DNA from: Picochlorum sp. SENEW3
Taxonomy: Eukaryota
Length of the DNA: 64,000 nt
NCBI GenBank assembly: GCA_034226945.1
Contig: CP120458.1
Coordinates: 372,001-436,000, forward strand
Direction of reading: 5' to 3'
Each line of letters starts with the position of its first letter. The stretch's first letter is position 1. The notes below the pieces were generated by a model. It was not told the origin of the DNA. It saw nothing but the letters and a program-made list of their open reading frames with translations, and made no database searches. Shown here in pieces: positions 13,922 through 25,332 of this stretch. Both the position numbers and the translations under genes were made by a program.

Positions 13922-14352
13922 TCCTTTCGTATAATCGTGCTACAACTGAATGCTGTCTGACCTATTCCGGTTCATGCTTCAGGACTACACGCTCTGTTTT
14001 CCGAAGGTTGGTCGAGTCAATCGTCTTTCGTATTTATTTTAGTTTTAAAAACATCCAGCCCCGCAGCAGATGATGCCCCTTCACAACACTGGATGGTACG
14101 GAGCAGTGACTGTCGGTCTCGAGGCCTCATGAGCACCTTCCTTGACATCAAGCCTCTTCAGGCAAGTTCTACCCCTCGATCGAGAGGGGTGAGTGCACTG
14201 TGCTCATCAAACCCAATGCAGAGAGCATGAAAGGATTCCTCTGTCAGGGTTGGTGTGGGGAAAGTTTGATGCTGATGGGCACTCTGAATCAGCTACAGAT
14301 GCGCTGAAAACCTTGTGTCTGGGAGGGTTTACACAGCAGACTGACATCTGTA

Positions 14353-16907
14353 ATGCCATACCCCATTGACCCATTGCACTGGTCCATAGAGAGAAATAAA
14401 CATTCAAGATACTGGATAATTTTGAGAAGGAAGTCGCGAGTGTTGCTTGTCTCTTGTTGCAGAGAAATAGTACTTCTGGGTGCAAACATGAGAATCGACG
14501 TCTGGGATATCGAGAAGAGTGACAGGAAAGAAAACATCATCTTTGATAGGGGCAATCCAAAAGATTTTGAGAGCGTTTTTACTGTGGGCAAGGCGATTGG
14601 ATCCGGTGGCTTTGGACGGGTTCGAGTTGTTACGGAAAAGAGCAGTGGCCATGATTATGCATGCAAGAGCATTAGAAAACGACTTGATGTGCCAAATGTG
14701 TCGATACAGAGACAAGAGCAGCATCTGCTTGGCATTGACAGGGAAATCAAGGTTTTAAGGCTACTGAGGGGTACCCTGAGTGTGGTCTACCTGAAAGGTG
14801 TTTGGGAGGATGAAGAAGATGTACACATTGTCATGGAATACTGCAAAGGCGGCGAATTGTACAATAGCATAGGTCGACAGCCATATACGGAAGCAAGGGT
14901 CTCTGTCTACATGAGATCAGTCCTGCAAATGCTGTCACAATGCCATGCGCACAAAATTCTGCACAGAGACATCAAACCTGGTAATTTCCTGCTTCTATCG
15001 ACGGAGGAAAACTCTCCTCTGAAAGCTATTGATTTTGGATTGGCTGCATTCTTTGATCCAAGAGAATTACCTAGAACAGACTTGGGGTTGGATGGGACTC
15101 CATGGTGCGTGATGAAGATATGTCGTCTGCATTATCTTGCACTGCCCTGTGTATTTTGTGGACAAACAGTATAAAGATTGTATTTTGATCATGTTAGTGG
15201 TTTTTGCAGGTTTATGGCACCTGAGGTGCTGAATTCGGAGACGTATCCTTCTTCTGATGTGTGGAGTGCAGGCGTAATGTGCTATCAATTACTGTGTGGC
15301 TATTTGCCATTTGACGATGTTCAAAACAAGAAATCCCCCTCGTTATCTGTTGTTTGGAAGTCTATTCTAACAGAAGATTTATCTTTCAAGGGTTCGGCTT
15401 GGAAAAATGTGAGCAACGAGGCAAAAGATTTTGTTGCAATGCTGCTAAACCGAGATCAGGCGGCACGGCCATCAGCAAAACAAGCTTTAGGTCATTCATG
15501 GCTACAGAATAGCTTCCATCAAGGAAAAGCAAGAACTTTGGATGACACGGTGGTTCAGCGTATTCAGGTATGTATTCTGCTGACATATTTGCCATGTCTG
15601 TATGCTGACTGTAGCAACTCATTTTGCAGAGGTTTGGACAAATTAATCTCCTTCAAAGAACCATTTTGGAATTGATCGCATCAGAACTGCTTACATTGAG
15701 ACCTCAGAGCCTTCCAGATCCAACTATCAGGGGAAAGAGAAGGTCTAGCCCATCGGGGTCCATTCTGTCATCAGGCTCTTCATCTCGCGCTGAAGATTCC
15801 CAGCACGGGGGGAATGGCATGTTATTCCCTTTGAGCCCATCCAAAGGGAAAAATTTTCAGGGGCAACAGTCTATGTCTCCACAAAGTCTATCTCCATTGG
15901 AATTATCTCACGTTCCCAAGATTGTGAATAAGAAGGGCAAAAAGGCTGCAACTATACATGGAGGTAGGGAGTACTGGAGGATCCTGCGACAGGCTTCTGA
16001 TTTAGCTCTACAAGGATCGGGTCATGGCAGATCCGACTATCTTCACACCTTTTCTCGAACACCACAAGAAAAGATGGAGCAGAGGAAGGCAGCAAGGCTC
16101 AGTTTGGACACGTCAGTGCACGGAGCAAGAAACGCATACTTGTCTCAACAGGGGCACCCATCATTCTCTGGAAATCAAAGTTTGCCGAGCCTTAAAAATC
16201 AGCCATTAGATTTAGCCGAAACTAGAACTCCATCATTCCCAGAAATGCACGAAGGTAGAGAAGCAAAAGACATTTTAGAAGAAGGAGGACGTGGAAGAAG
16301 CTTTGCCTTGCAGGCATTAGAGGCAACCGGTCAGGAAACAGAGCACGGGATCAATTATCCAGAGACGGAGACAAAGATAGTGGATACGATCTCAAAAGAA
16401 ACATCAATCACGGATCCCAAAACACTAGAAAAGTTGATGGGAGAACTCAAGTTCCGTAAAGGGAAAGCAATAACAAAGGAATCCTTGATTTCAGGGTTGA
16501 GCAGGCTTGGATACGAGGTCCAGCCAGAAGAGGTATCTTCTCTCATGGAAATGCTCGACTTGAATAAAAATGACACAATAGAAGCTTCGGAATTTGTCGC
16601 ATCACAGATTGATTGGAGAGATTTACAAAGGAACAACAAAGATCTCTGGATTGAGTGTGCCAGGCGTGCATTCGAGGACCTGGATTCCCGCTCAGCCGGC
16701 CATATTACAGTTGAAAATATAGTGTCTTCATTGCGCAATAAACTTCCAGAAGAAGAAATCAACTATGCCGTGGAGAATGCTCTTGTTGAGTCTGGCGTAA
16801 TGGATCCTGAGCAGGTGGATTTTGAAGGATTCCTGAAAATGGTTCAGATGGGGTCACGTGCTTCCTTGGACAGTCTGGATCAGTATGATCCGAGAATTAG
16901 AGACTGA
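14353..16907 (+). CDS. Calcium-dependent protein kinase (CDPK-like) with long insert and partly degenerate EF-hands
   Basis: IGSGGFG, YACKSI, HRDIKPGN, DFGLA, GTPW|FMAPE, junction VVQRIQ|RFGQINLL, EF-hand DLNKNDTIEASEF. Introns near 15105-15209 and 15568-15628. The true start may lie upstream. Confidence 0.88.
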
Positions 16908-17346
16908 TAAATATCCTTGTCTCTTCGCTGGCTGAAGACAGAAAGCCTAGACAGAAGATACGAAGAACATTGCAAGGTGACATGTTTCAGCATGCAAAGC
17001 AACATCTATTGTATCTTGTCCCTATATCTGGAGTAGATACTCTCGGACTATGCATAGTGTTGTGTCATGTGACACCCAGGTCTTTCGCAAGTCTGGATCA
17101 CCATACTATGATAGTGCGCAGATGTTGGCTAGCCATGGTGTACTGCAGTACCAGACAAGGAGAAGGATCTCCAGGACACGGGTGCCAATGTCCAGTGAAG
17201 TCTTTCACACAGTTGAGTGATACTGATTGCCTATTTATTTATTGTGTAATAAATTATCACATGATGAATGTCTTGGGCAAGTCCATGTTCTTGCAGAAGG
17301 GCTGCGGAACGCATTCTACGGCAGTAGACTGCTACTGAATTGGAAA

Positions 17347-18497
17347 ATGTCCATTGACAAGCAAGAAATGTTATCAAGACTGAGTATCGAGCCAAATGAA
17401 GAGCAGCGGCGGAGAGAGAGCGCCGAGGCCTCCGTTATCGAGCCTTTTGCCCAGGCATATGAGGGGTGGGAAGTACGTTTTCCGATTATTTATATCCAGA
17501 TTTCTTTGTACACGTACTATATTCAATATCTAATTGGCAAATTTGGGAACCATTCGCAGGCCAAGCACCCCAACGTATTGGAGAACTTTGAGCAGCTAGA
17601 GAGCCTCGCCAAGGGCAAGTTGGTCACTGTGTTTCTAGATTACGACGGGACGCTTACTCCTATCGTGAATAATCCTGATCTAGCATATTTATCAGAGGCT
17701 ACGCGGGATGTCGTGCGTCGGCTGGCTCACGTCTTCCCTACCGCAATTATCAGTGGGAGAGGTAGAAAGAAAGTAGAAGAATTTGTTCAGTTGACAGAAT
17801 TATACTATGCTGGTAGCCATGGGATGGACATCGCTGCACCGAAAGGCTCACATATGAATCTAGAGTTTCGACCTGCGGAGAAATACGAGGCATTGATGCA
17901 AATGGTCAAACGGAGACTGGAGGATGCCACTGGTCACATTCAAGGATCCTCAATAGAAGACAACACGTACTGCATCAGTGTCCATTTTAGAAATTGTCAC
18001 CCGGATTCTTTTGAAGAAATACTGAAATCTGTTGAACGTGTAGTAGATCAGGAACCGCAGATATTTTTCACAAGGGGACGAAAAGTGTTGGAAGTCCGCC
18101 CACGCATTGATTGGAACAAAGGGTCAGCTCTTGTTCATCTGCTTTCTATGCTCGGTATAGCCGGTGAAGACGTATTTTGTATATATATTGGAGACGATCG
18201 AACGGATGAAGATGCATTCCATGTTCTGTCAGATAGAAGACTTGGAGCTGGCATCCTCGTGTCCAACAAAGTTAAACAAACGAAAGGGATCTGGTCAGTC
18301 AGGAACACAGACGAAGTGAGGAAACTCCTAGAAAGGCTTGCAATCTATGGAAACTCGGGTAAGTTTGCCTGCTCTGTTGCTTGGGTTTCTCTGAAAGGCT
18401 CTTTTTTTTAACGTATAGTATTGCTTCAACTCGTGCAGAGAGGAACTTGTGGCATACAAAGCGTGGTTGCAAAGGCTGGAAAATTACAAGAGATTAA
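17347..18497 (+). CDS. TPP: Trehalose-6-phosphate phosphatase (HAD family), 3 exons
   Basis: VFLDYDGTLTPIV, AIISGR, YYAGSHGMDI, GRKVLEVRP, YIGDDRTDEDAF. Confidence 0.95.
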
Positions 18498-19189
18498 GAT
18501 AGAGTGACACAAGTAATGACCATCGAGAGCCGAGTGTCATGCAATAGAACAGTTGCACATTCCTTTGGTTTGGGGCCAACTGATACTTGATGGAGTTTTG
18601 TTCCGCAGAGTGCTTGAACATCTTTCTGTGACAGTGCACGAGCCCCAGTCGCTTCTTATGAAACCATCACAATGTCGATGGATCGGGAAGGTGTTGGTCC
18701 TAGTCCTAAAACACACAGAGTGTTGGATGCCGACTGACAGTTGCATCCAATCGATTATATATATCCGGTCCAGCAGATGCTTTCATGGTCACATGATCAC
18801 GTGACGACGGACTCCACACAGAGCCTCTGTGACAGAGGTCATGATCTGTAGACTTTATCATCTCCGTGGTGCTATGCTCTAGATCAATATAATTAAATAG
18901 AATAAAACTGTTAACGCTCCGATAGACATTCAATCGACGTGGAGTTCATGACTAGTACGTTAACTGACGAGTTGCCTGAGCATTGAGTAGCCAGTGTCCG
19001 GCCTGAACCTTACGGATTGCTTATAAAAGATCAATAAATCAGACATAATTCATCTTTTGGCCTAGTAGATCGAGCGAACAGACCAGGATTGTCATCCTTT
19101 CTGGGCAGATCTACAAACTGCAACAAACCAACTTTGGCTCGACACTGGTATACGCATGCTTCTCATTCTGTTCCTGTTTAAAATAATAT

Positions 19190-21775
19190 ATGATTCTTGA
19201 ATTTTCAGGATATCAAGTATCGCGACTATTGACGTATAGTGGGCTGCTGGTGCTCGCAGTCACAGTGCAAGGTAGGTAGCAGTGCTTGTGTGATACATAC
19301 GGATGTTGTGCACCAACCCATCAAGCAATTAATTGGTCAATTGTAGGCTTTGGTCCTGACTTTTACTCCTGTGATCCTGTAAGCTGCCAAGGAACGTGTC
19401 ACTGCCCTTCCTTGTCACCTCCAGGTGGACAAGTGCCTCAGAGCATTCCTCAGTTTGTCCTCATCACCCATGATGACGCCATCTCTCCTCTAGCGAATAC
19501 TGTTGTCCGATCTGTCACAGATGGTTTCAAAAATCCAAATGGATGCAACGTGGTAGCGACGTGGTTCACAACTTCAACTGGCTCACACTGTGATCTTGCC
19601 AAGTCTTTGTATGATGAGAATCATGAGATTGCGTTGCACACCGTGAATCATAAATCGCTTTTACCGACTTTGGCTGACATGGAGAACGAAATTATAGGTG
19701 CTAGACAGGACATGGCAGCTTGTGGAATTCCTAGCGAAGAAATGGTTGGATTCAGATCTCCCTACTTGATCCACAATCCATCCGTGAGAAGTATACTCTA
19801 CAAGCACAAACTCCTGTACGATTCCTCAATCATTGATTTCATCGGTAGTCAGTCAACGACGACAAAGAATTTTGGAAACAGGCTTTGGCCTTACACCATG
19901 GATTTGGGGATCATCCAGAACTGTGCTTGGACAGCACCAGCTGGATCTTGCACAGAGGATGAAGTGTATCCAGGGATGTGGGAGGTTCCCCTGTGGCCTC
20001 TATTAAACGACACTGTTGACAAACCTAACAATGGTAAGCATCATGAGTATGGTTGTTGTCGTGTGATTAAAATACCCTTACCTGTTGTCGGTGATTTCTA
20101 CTGCAGCCTACAGTATGGATCCTGGACCAGGATTTGGCGGGGACCTTTACACAACATTGGTAACAAATTTCGATGAAGCATACAGTGGCAACAGAGCGCC
20201 TTTCCCGCTCTTCACACATGCACAGTGGTTTACAGATGAAAATATTGCAGCGACTCGGAAGTTTATTGATTATGCTCTCAGTAAAGGGGATGTCTACTTT
20301 GTGACAATCAAAGAACTGCTTCGTTGGATGCAGAATCCTGTCTCTGCCACCGACTATAGAAATACGGCTGATTGTAAGCCAGTAGATGTTCAGCCGCCTG
20401 TGAAAAGGATGTGTCAAGTTTATATCGTACAACCTGGAGACTATTTGGAATCAATTGCTGGGAAATTTGGTGTCTTAAATGTGAATGACTTGACAATGAT
20501 AAACCCAATTTTGCAGACTCAGACTTTGCAGCCAGGGGACAGAGTAAATATTCCACCTTGGGATGACACCTGTCCTCCAAGTTCAGAGATAGAAGCAATC
20601 TACACGTCAACAGAAGAAGCATCCGTAAATAAAGCTCCAGTTCCGAGCGTGGATGGACAAGAAGGAACTCCAGATACCCCAGACACTGGGGCAGGAGTGA
20701 CAGGACCAAAAGAGCCTTTGAGCCCAGGAGATGATGAAGTGCCCTCAGATCAAATGCCTACTCAACATTCTGTGGCAGAAAATGAAAGCAATCTCTGTCA
20801 AATCTGGACTGTATCTAGTGGAGAGAATATACAAGGCATATCAAGAGCAACAGGTTCCTCTGAGGAGTCAATCAAAGTCTTGAATGGACTGGAAACAGAA
20901 AGCCTCTCCGTTGGGCAAACACTCAAAATACCCCCTTATGCCGCATGCTGCGATGTCAATGCATGTGGAACAATATCTTTACAACAGGAAGAGATTGGTA
21001 CGAGAGTAGATATCAGTATGAAGCTGGTGGGAAGTCAAAATGTTGATAATCGGGCTCTTGAGCAAATCAAATCTGTCATGGCAAGCGAACTGAACATTCC
21101 AGCTGAGGCTATTTCAGCACAAGTTTTGTCTAGGAGAAGACGAAGAAGGAGTCTTAGACAGGATGATAGCAAAGCAACGACCGTTGTTTTCTCAGTTGCC
21201 ACAAGCACGCCAAGGAGATTGCACAAAAAAGTTTCAGAGGAATTAAGGTATGCATCACTGCAGCTGTCGTTCTTGCTTTATCCGCCCATTATCTTCATAT
21301 CAAACATATTATCTTCTTCATGTTTCGGGAAGTAGAATGAATCGACTTTTACCTTTGTAGGTCTGGAGATCTTGAATCTATTTTGTCTGGGTTGGGTTAC
21401 TCAATGATCAGTATGCCAGTTGTCAAATCATATGAAGACGGAGTGGAAGTATTTCCTGGGACTGAAATGAATGCCGAAGAAACAACTAATACTTCGACAT
21501 TTTGGACCACTCCCGTTATCATTGGGGTTGCCGTTGGAGGCTCTGTTGCACTCCTCGCTGCAAGTTGTCTCGTCGTCTATTGCCTTTTGCACAGAAGGCG
21601 AAAGTCCATCACAACCCAACAATCAGTCGAGACGCAAAATCTACCATCAAGAGCTCCCATGGCAGAAGTTTCTTTGAGGACATCCCATTCAAAGAAATTG
21701 GATCCTTGCGAAATTGTTGTTAACACGGGTTTTGACACACCAACAACCCCAAACAAGAGGACAGCTTTCAGGTGA
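19190..21775 (+). CDS. Membrane-anchored chitin/polysaccharide deacetylase: signal peptide, CE4, 2x LysM, stalk, TM
   Basis: Signal-like exon 1 (MILEFSGYQVSRLLTYSGLLVLAVTVQG). CE4 motifs THDDA, HTVNH, GFRSPYL, YDSS, LWPYTMD, WEVP, NRAPFPLFTH. LysM YIVQPGDYLESIAGKFG and WTVSSGENIQGISRATG. TM VIIGVAVGGSVALLAASCLVVYCLL followed by HRRRK. Introns about 19272-19347, 20034-20106, 21248-21360. Confidence 0.9.
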
Positions 21776-22169
21776 TGGTTTCTTTCTTTTTTCCTTCGCA
21801 CCCATTCTCGACAGTTCCATAGTATGTAAACAATGTCATAAAGAGCTTTTGAAGCATAAGTTGTGGTACGCTCTTGTGGAACTATTATTGCTTGATGCTT
21901 TGCAGCATGCCGTTTCAGACGCGTCAGCATCATTTGCATCATAGTGGCAGGCAGACGATTGATCCTCGCCATCACCTTTATCATAGTGTCGCATCAAATC
22001 TCCCCGTTTATTGAATTAACTCACAATTGAATTCATTTAAAAGCGTCGAATACAATTGAAAGAGCATATCGCGTCCACGCCACGGGAATAGACTCAACGA
22101 GGAACAAGAAACTTGGTTTGTTTCTTGTCAAAGAAGAACGCTACTGTATCTGAATACATCTCCGTAAAT

Positions 22170-24672
22170 ATGTGTGGTAAGAATATTTCAGCGTAATTGT
22201 GGTTTTATTTCGCCAGAATACTCAATCTGCGCGGATGACTCGGCACAGATCTGTATTGCCGTTGGGCGAGGAAATAACTTTCTGACTGGATTCTACTGGT
22301 TGCAGGAATTTTTGGATTTTACTTTTATGATGTACGTGCAAAGAAGCAGTCTTTCGAGCGTTTCGCGCATTGAAATTGCCTGTCCATGAACGAGTTCCAG
22401 CAAGCCTCTGGGACCAACTACTTTTACGAATCCTTTGCAGGTCCGACATTCCAAAAAGCAAATCATGGACACTTTATTCGAAGGTCTTCGAAGACTCGAA
22501 TATCGTGGATACGACTCCGCTGGAATATCGCTGGATCTTCCCGTACAGGTAAGTAGAGAGATTTGGTCCTTGTCAAAATGGACAAAATTGATCCTTTTTT
22601 TGTCTGTATAGAGCCCAGACGAAAGCAATGAGGTGAATAAACCTGTTGTAATCAAAGCGAAAGGAAAGGTTGCTGATCTAGTTGCACTGGTGTCTGAGGA
22701 AATGGATAGTCTTCAGATCGACCAGGATGCATGTGTGACTACTCATGCTGGTATTGCACACACAAGGTGGGCAACACATGGGCCCCCGTGTGCCACAAAT
22801 TCGCATCCCCACGTTTCATCCAGTAATCATGAGTTTGTTTTAGTTCATAACGGTACGATAACAAATTATAGAGCTCTCAAAGAGTTCCTCGTAAAAGAAG
22901 GGGAAGAATTCAGCACTGAGACAGATACAGAAGTCATTCCAAAACTATGCAATTTCTTGTATGGAAAATTACCAGAACCAATACCTTTCCCTCAGCTGGT
23001 TTGCGAAGTTGTCAAGCAGCTTGAAGGGGCTTACGCATTGTTGATTAAATCCTCAGTATATCCAGGAGAGCTAGTTGCATGCAGGCGGGGCTCACCCCTG
23101 ATCCTGGGAATGAAATATGGTATCCAAGGGGGCCCGGCTCCCAAATCACCTGTTTCACCTAACACTCCTTTGACACCAAAGCTGACAGGGTCAACTGCAT
23201 CAGCACCACATTTTCCGGATCAAAGTGGAGGGACACTGGACAATTCTTCCTATGGACTAGAACTATTCCTGGCTTCTGAAGCATCTGCCGTGGTGGAACA
23301 CACGAAACAGTAAGTCTTTTTTATCCTCTGTGTGAATTAAATTGATTCATCCACATATTTTGGTGTGTGCAGGGTGATTTATTTGGAGGACAACGATATA
23401 GTGCATATGAGAAAAGGAGAGTACACTGTGTATAACTGGAATGATGTTGATTCAGCCTCTGTCGAGGTCCGAAGGACGATCCAGACGCTTACGATGGAAG
23501 TTGGTCAGATAATGAAGGGTGGTTACGACCATTACATGCAGAAAGAGATATTTGAGCAGGCCGAGACCATTGCTCAAACCATGCAAGGCCGTATCAAAGC
23601 AACCCCATTATCTCCTATTAAGTTTGGCGTGCCCAATGTTGACAGACTTCTTTATCCGAGGGTAAGATTGGGAGGGCTTGTTGATTTTGTTTCCACGATA
23701 AGACGAAGTCGCCGGATTATATTCATTGGCTGTGGAACATCTTATCATGCTGCACTCTGCTCCAGGCAGACAATGGAGGAACTCACACAGATGCCTGTTG
23801 TGCTGGAATTAGCCGGAGATATCCTTGATAGAAGATGCCCAATATTCCGTGATGATACATGCGTTTTTGTAAGCCAGAGTGGTGAAACTGCAGATACGAT
23901 GCGAGCAATGGAGTATGCCAAGGAAAGTGGGGCATTATGTGTGGGGATTACAAATACAGTTGGCTCAGCAATTGCAAGGAGCAGCCACTGTGGTATCCAT
24001 ATCAATGCTGGTGCGGAAATAGGAGTCGCAAGTACGAAAGCATACACTTCACAAATTGTTGCAATCACCATGATGGCTATTGTTTTGGCAGATGACCAAA
24101 TAAGCAAGAGGAGAAGAATCAATGAGATTGTCGATTCTTTGTTGGAACTTCCTGATGCAATCAAAAAATGCCTGCTGTTAAATGAGGCGATAAGATCCCT
24201 GGCAGAGAGTCTAAAGACAGAGAATTCACTTCTCATGTTTGGAAGAGGTCGCAATTATGCAACTGCCGTGGAGGCTGCCTTGAAAGTGAAAGAGGTGTCA
24301 TACATGCATAGCGAGGGAATCAATGCTGGAGAAATGAAGCATGGACCTTTGGCTCTTGTTGACGAACACATGCCAATTATAGTTGTTGCAACAAAGGATG
24401 AGATGCATGGGAAAATGCAAGGAGTCATACAGCAGCTCATGGCCAGAAATGCAAGGTTGATCATCATCTGTAATGAGGATGAAATAGACATTTTAGACAT
24501 GGTAGGGGATAGGTACCCACTTATTATGGTGCCCAATACGGATGAGGCCCTGCAGCCAGTAGCAAACATTATTCCATTACAGCTATTGTCCTACCATCTC
24601 ACGTTATTGAGAGGTTTCAATGTAGATCAGCCAAGAAACTTGGCCAAAAGCGTCACTGTGACTGAGGAATAG
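22170..24672 (+). CDS. GFAT: Glutamine:fructose-6-phosphate amidotransferase (glucosamine-6-P synthase), 5 exons
   Basis: Spliced N-terminus MCGIFG...GLRRLEYRGYDSAG, then HTRWATHG, VHNG, TDTEVI. SIS domains CGTSYHA, SQSGETAD, VASTKAYTSQ, and C-terminal PRNLAKSVTVTEE. Confidence 0.97.
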
Positions 24673-25332
24673 TAAGAATCTCTTCTTTTACGTGATTCCT
24701 AAGGCATCAAGGAATCTTCAGATATGTTTGCATCAGTCCTGATGATTCTAGAGTAATATCATGTCCTCCCTGCACGGCAGTTGACAAGTATTCGTTTTGG
24801 TTTGGAATAGTGCACATGCGACGTTACAGATGCAGCGATACAGTTTATTCTCTGGAAATACAGGGGACACTGCAGTCGCAGCAACGCCCAAATATACGTG
24901 TTCATGTCATATCTTCTGAGTACACGCATCTATTTTCAATTGAAGAAATGGTCTTGTGTCCAATTTGCATACATAATGTCCCACTGATAGCGCCATTTCT
25001 GCATTTTCATGTGTAACAAATGTAAAGAATCCAATTACTTCAAGATCCCCTTGAGCCAGATATCAGGTAGATGTAGATAGACGTTGTTGTTGGCACAAGT
25101 GCCACAGTACTGTGATGCAGCACGTTGGCCCAACGTCGTTGGGGCCTCGAGGTCACGATACAAATGCAGCTTACATACGTGCCAGTGCTCGCAAATAATT
25201 CGACAAGGGCAAGAATTTTAAAAATATTGACATTAGTCTTCCAAAATTGCTCTCTAGAATCATTGCACCCTAGAATGAGAACGTTCTCGCGGGAAACAGC
25301 GCAGCAGCAGTTACAGTGACGTGTTCCGTACG

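Noticed and set aside
12006..18497. SnRK1 beta-gamma and TPP close together (T6P-SnRK1 axis), with TPP just upstream of the CDA gene
   Set aside because: Functionally suggestive, but they are separated by CDPK and on opposite strands; easily chance in a gene-dense genome.
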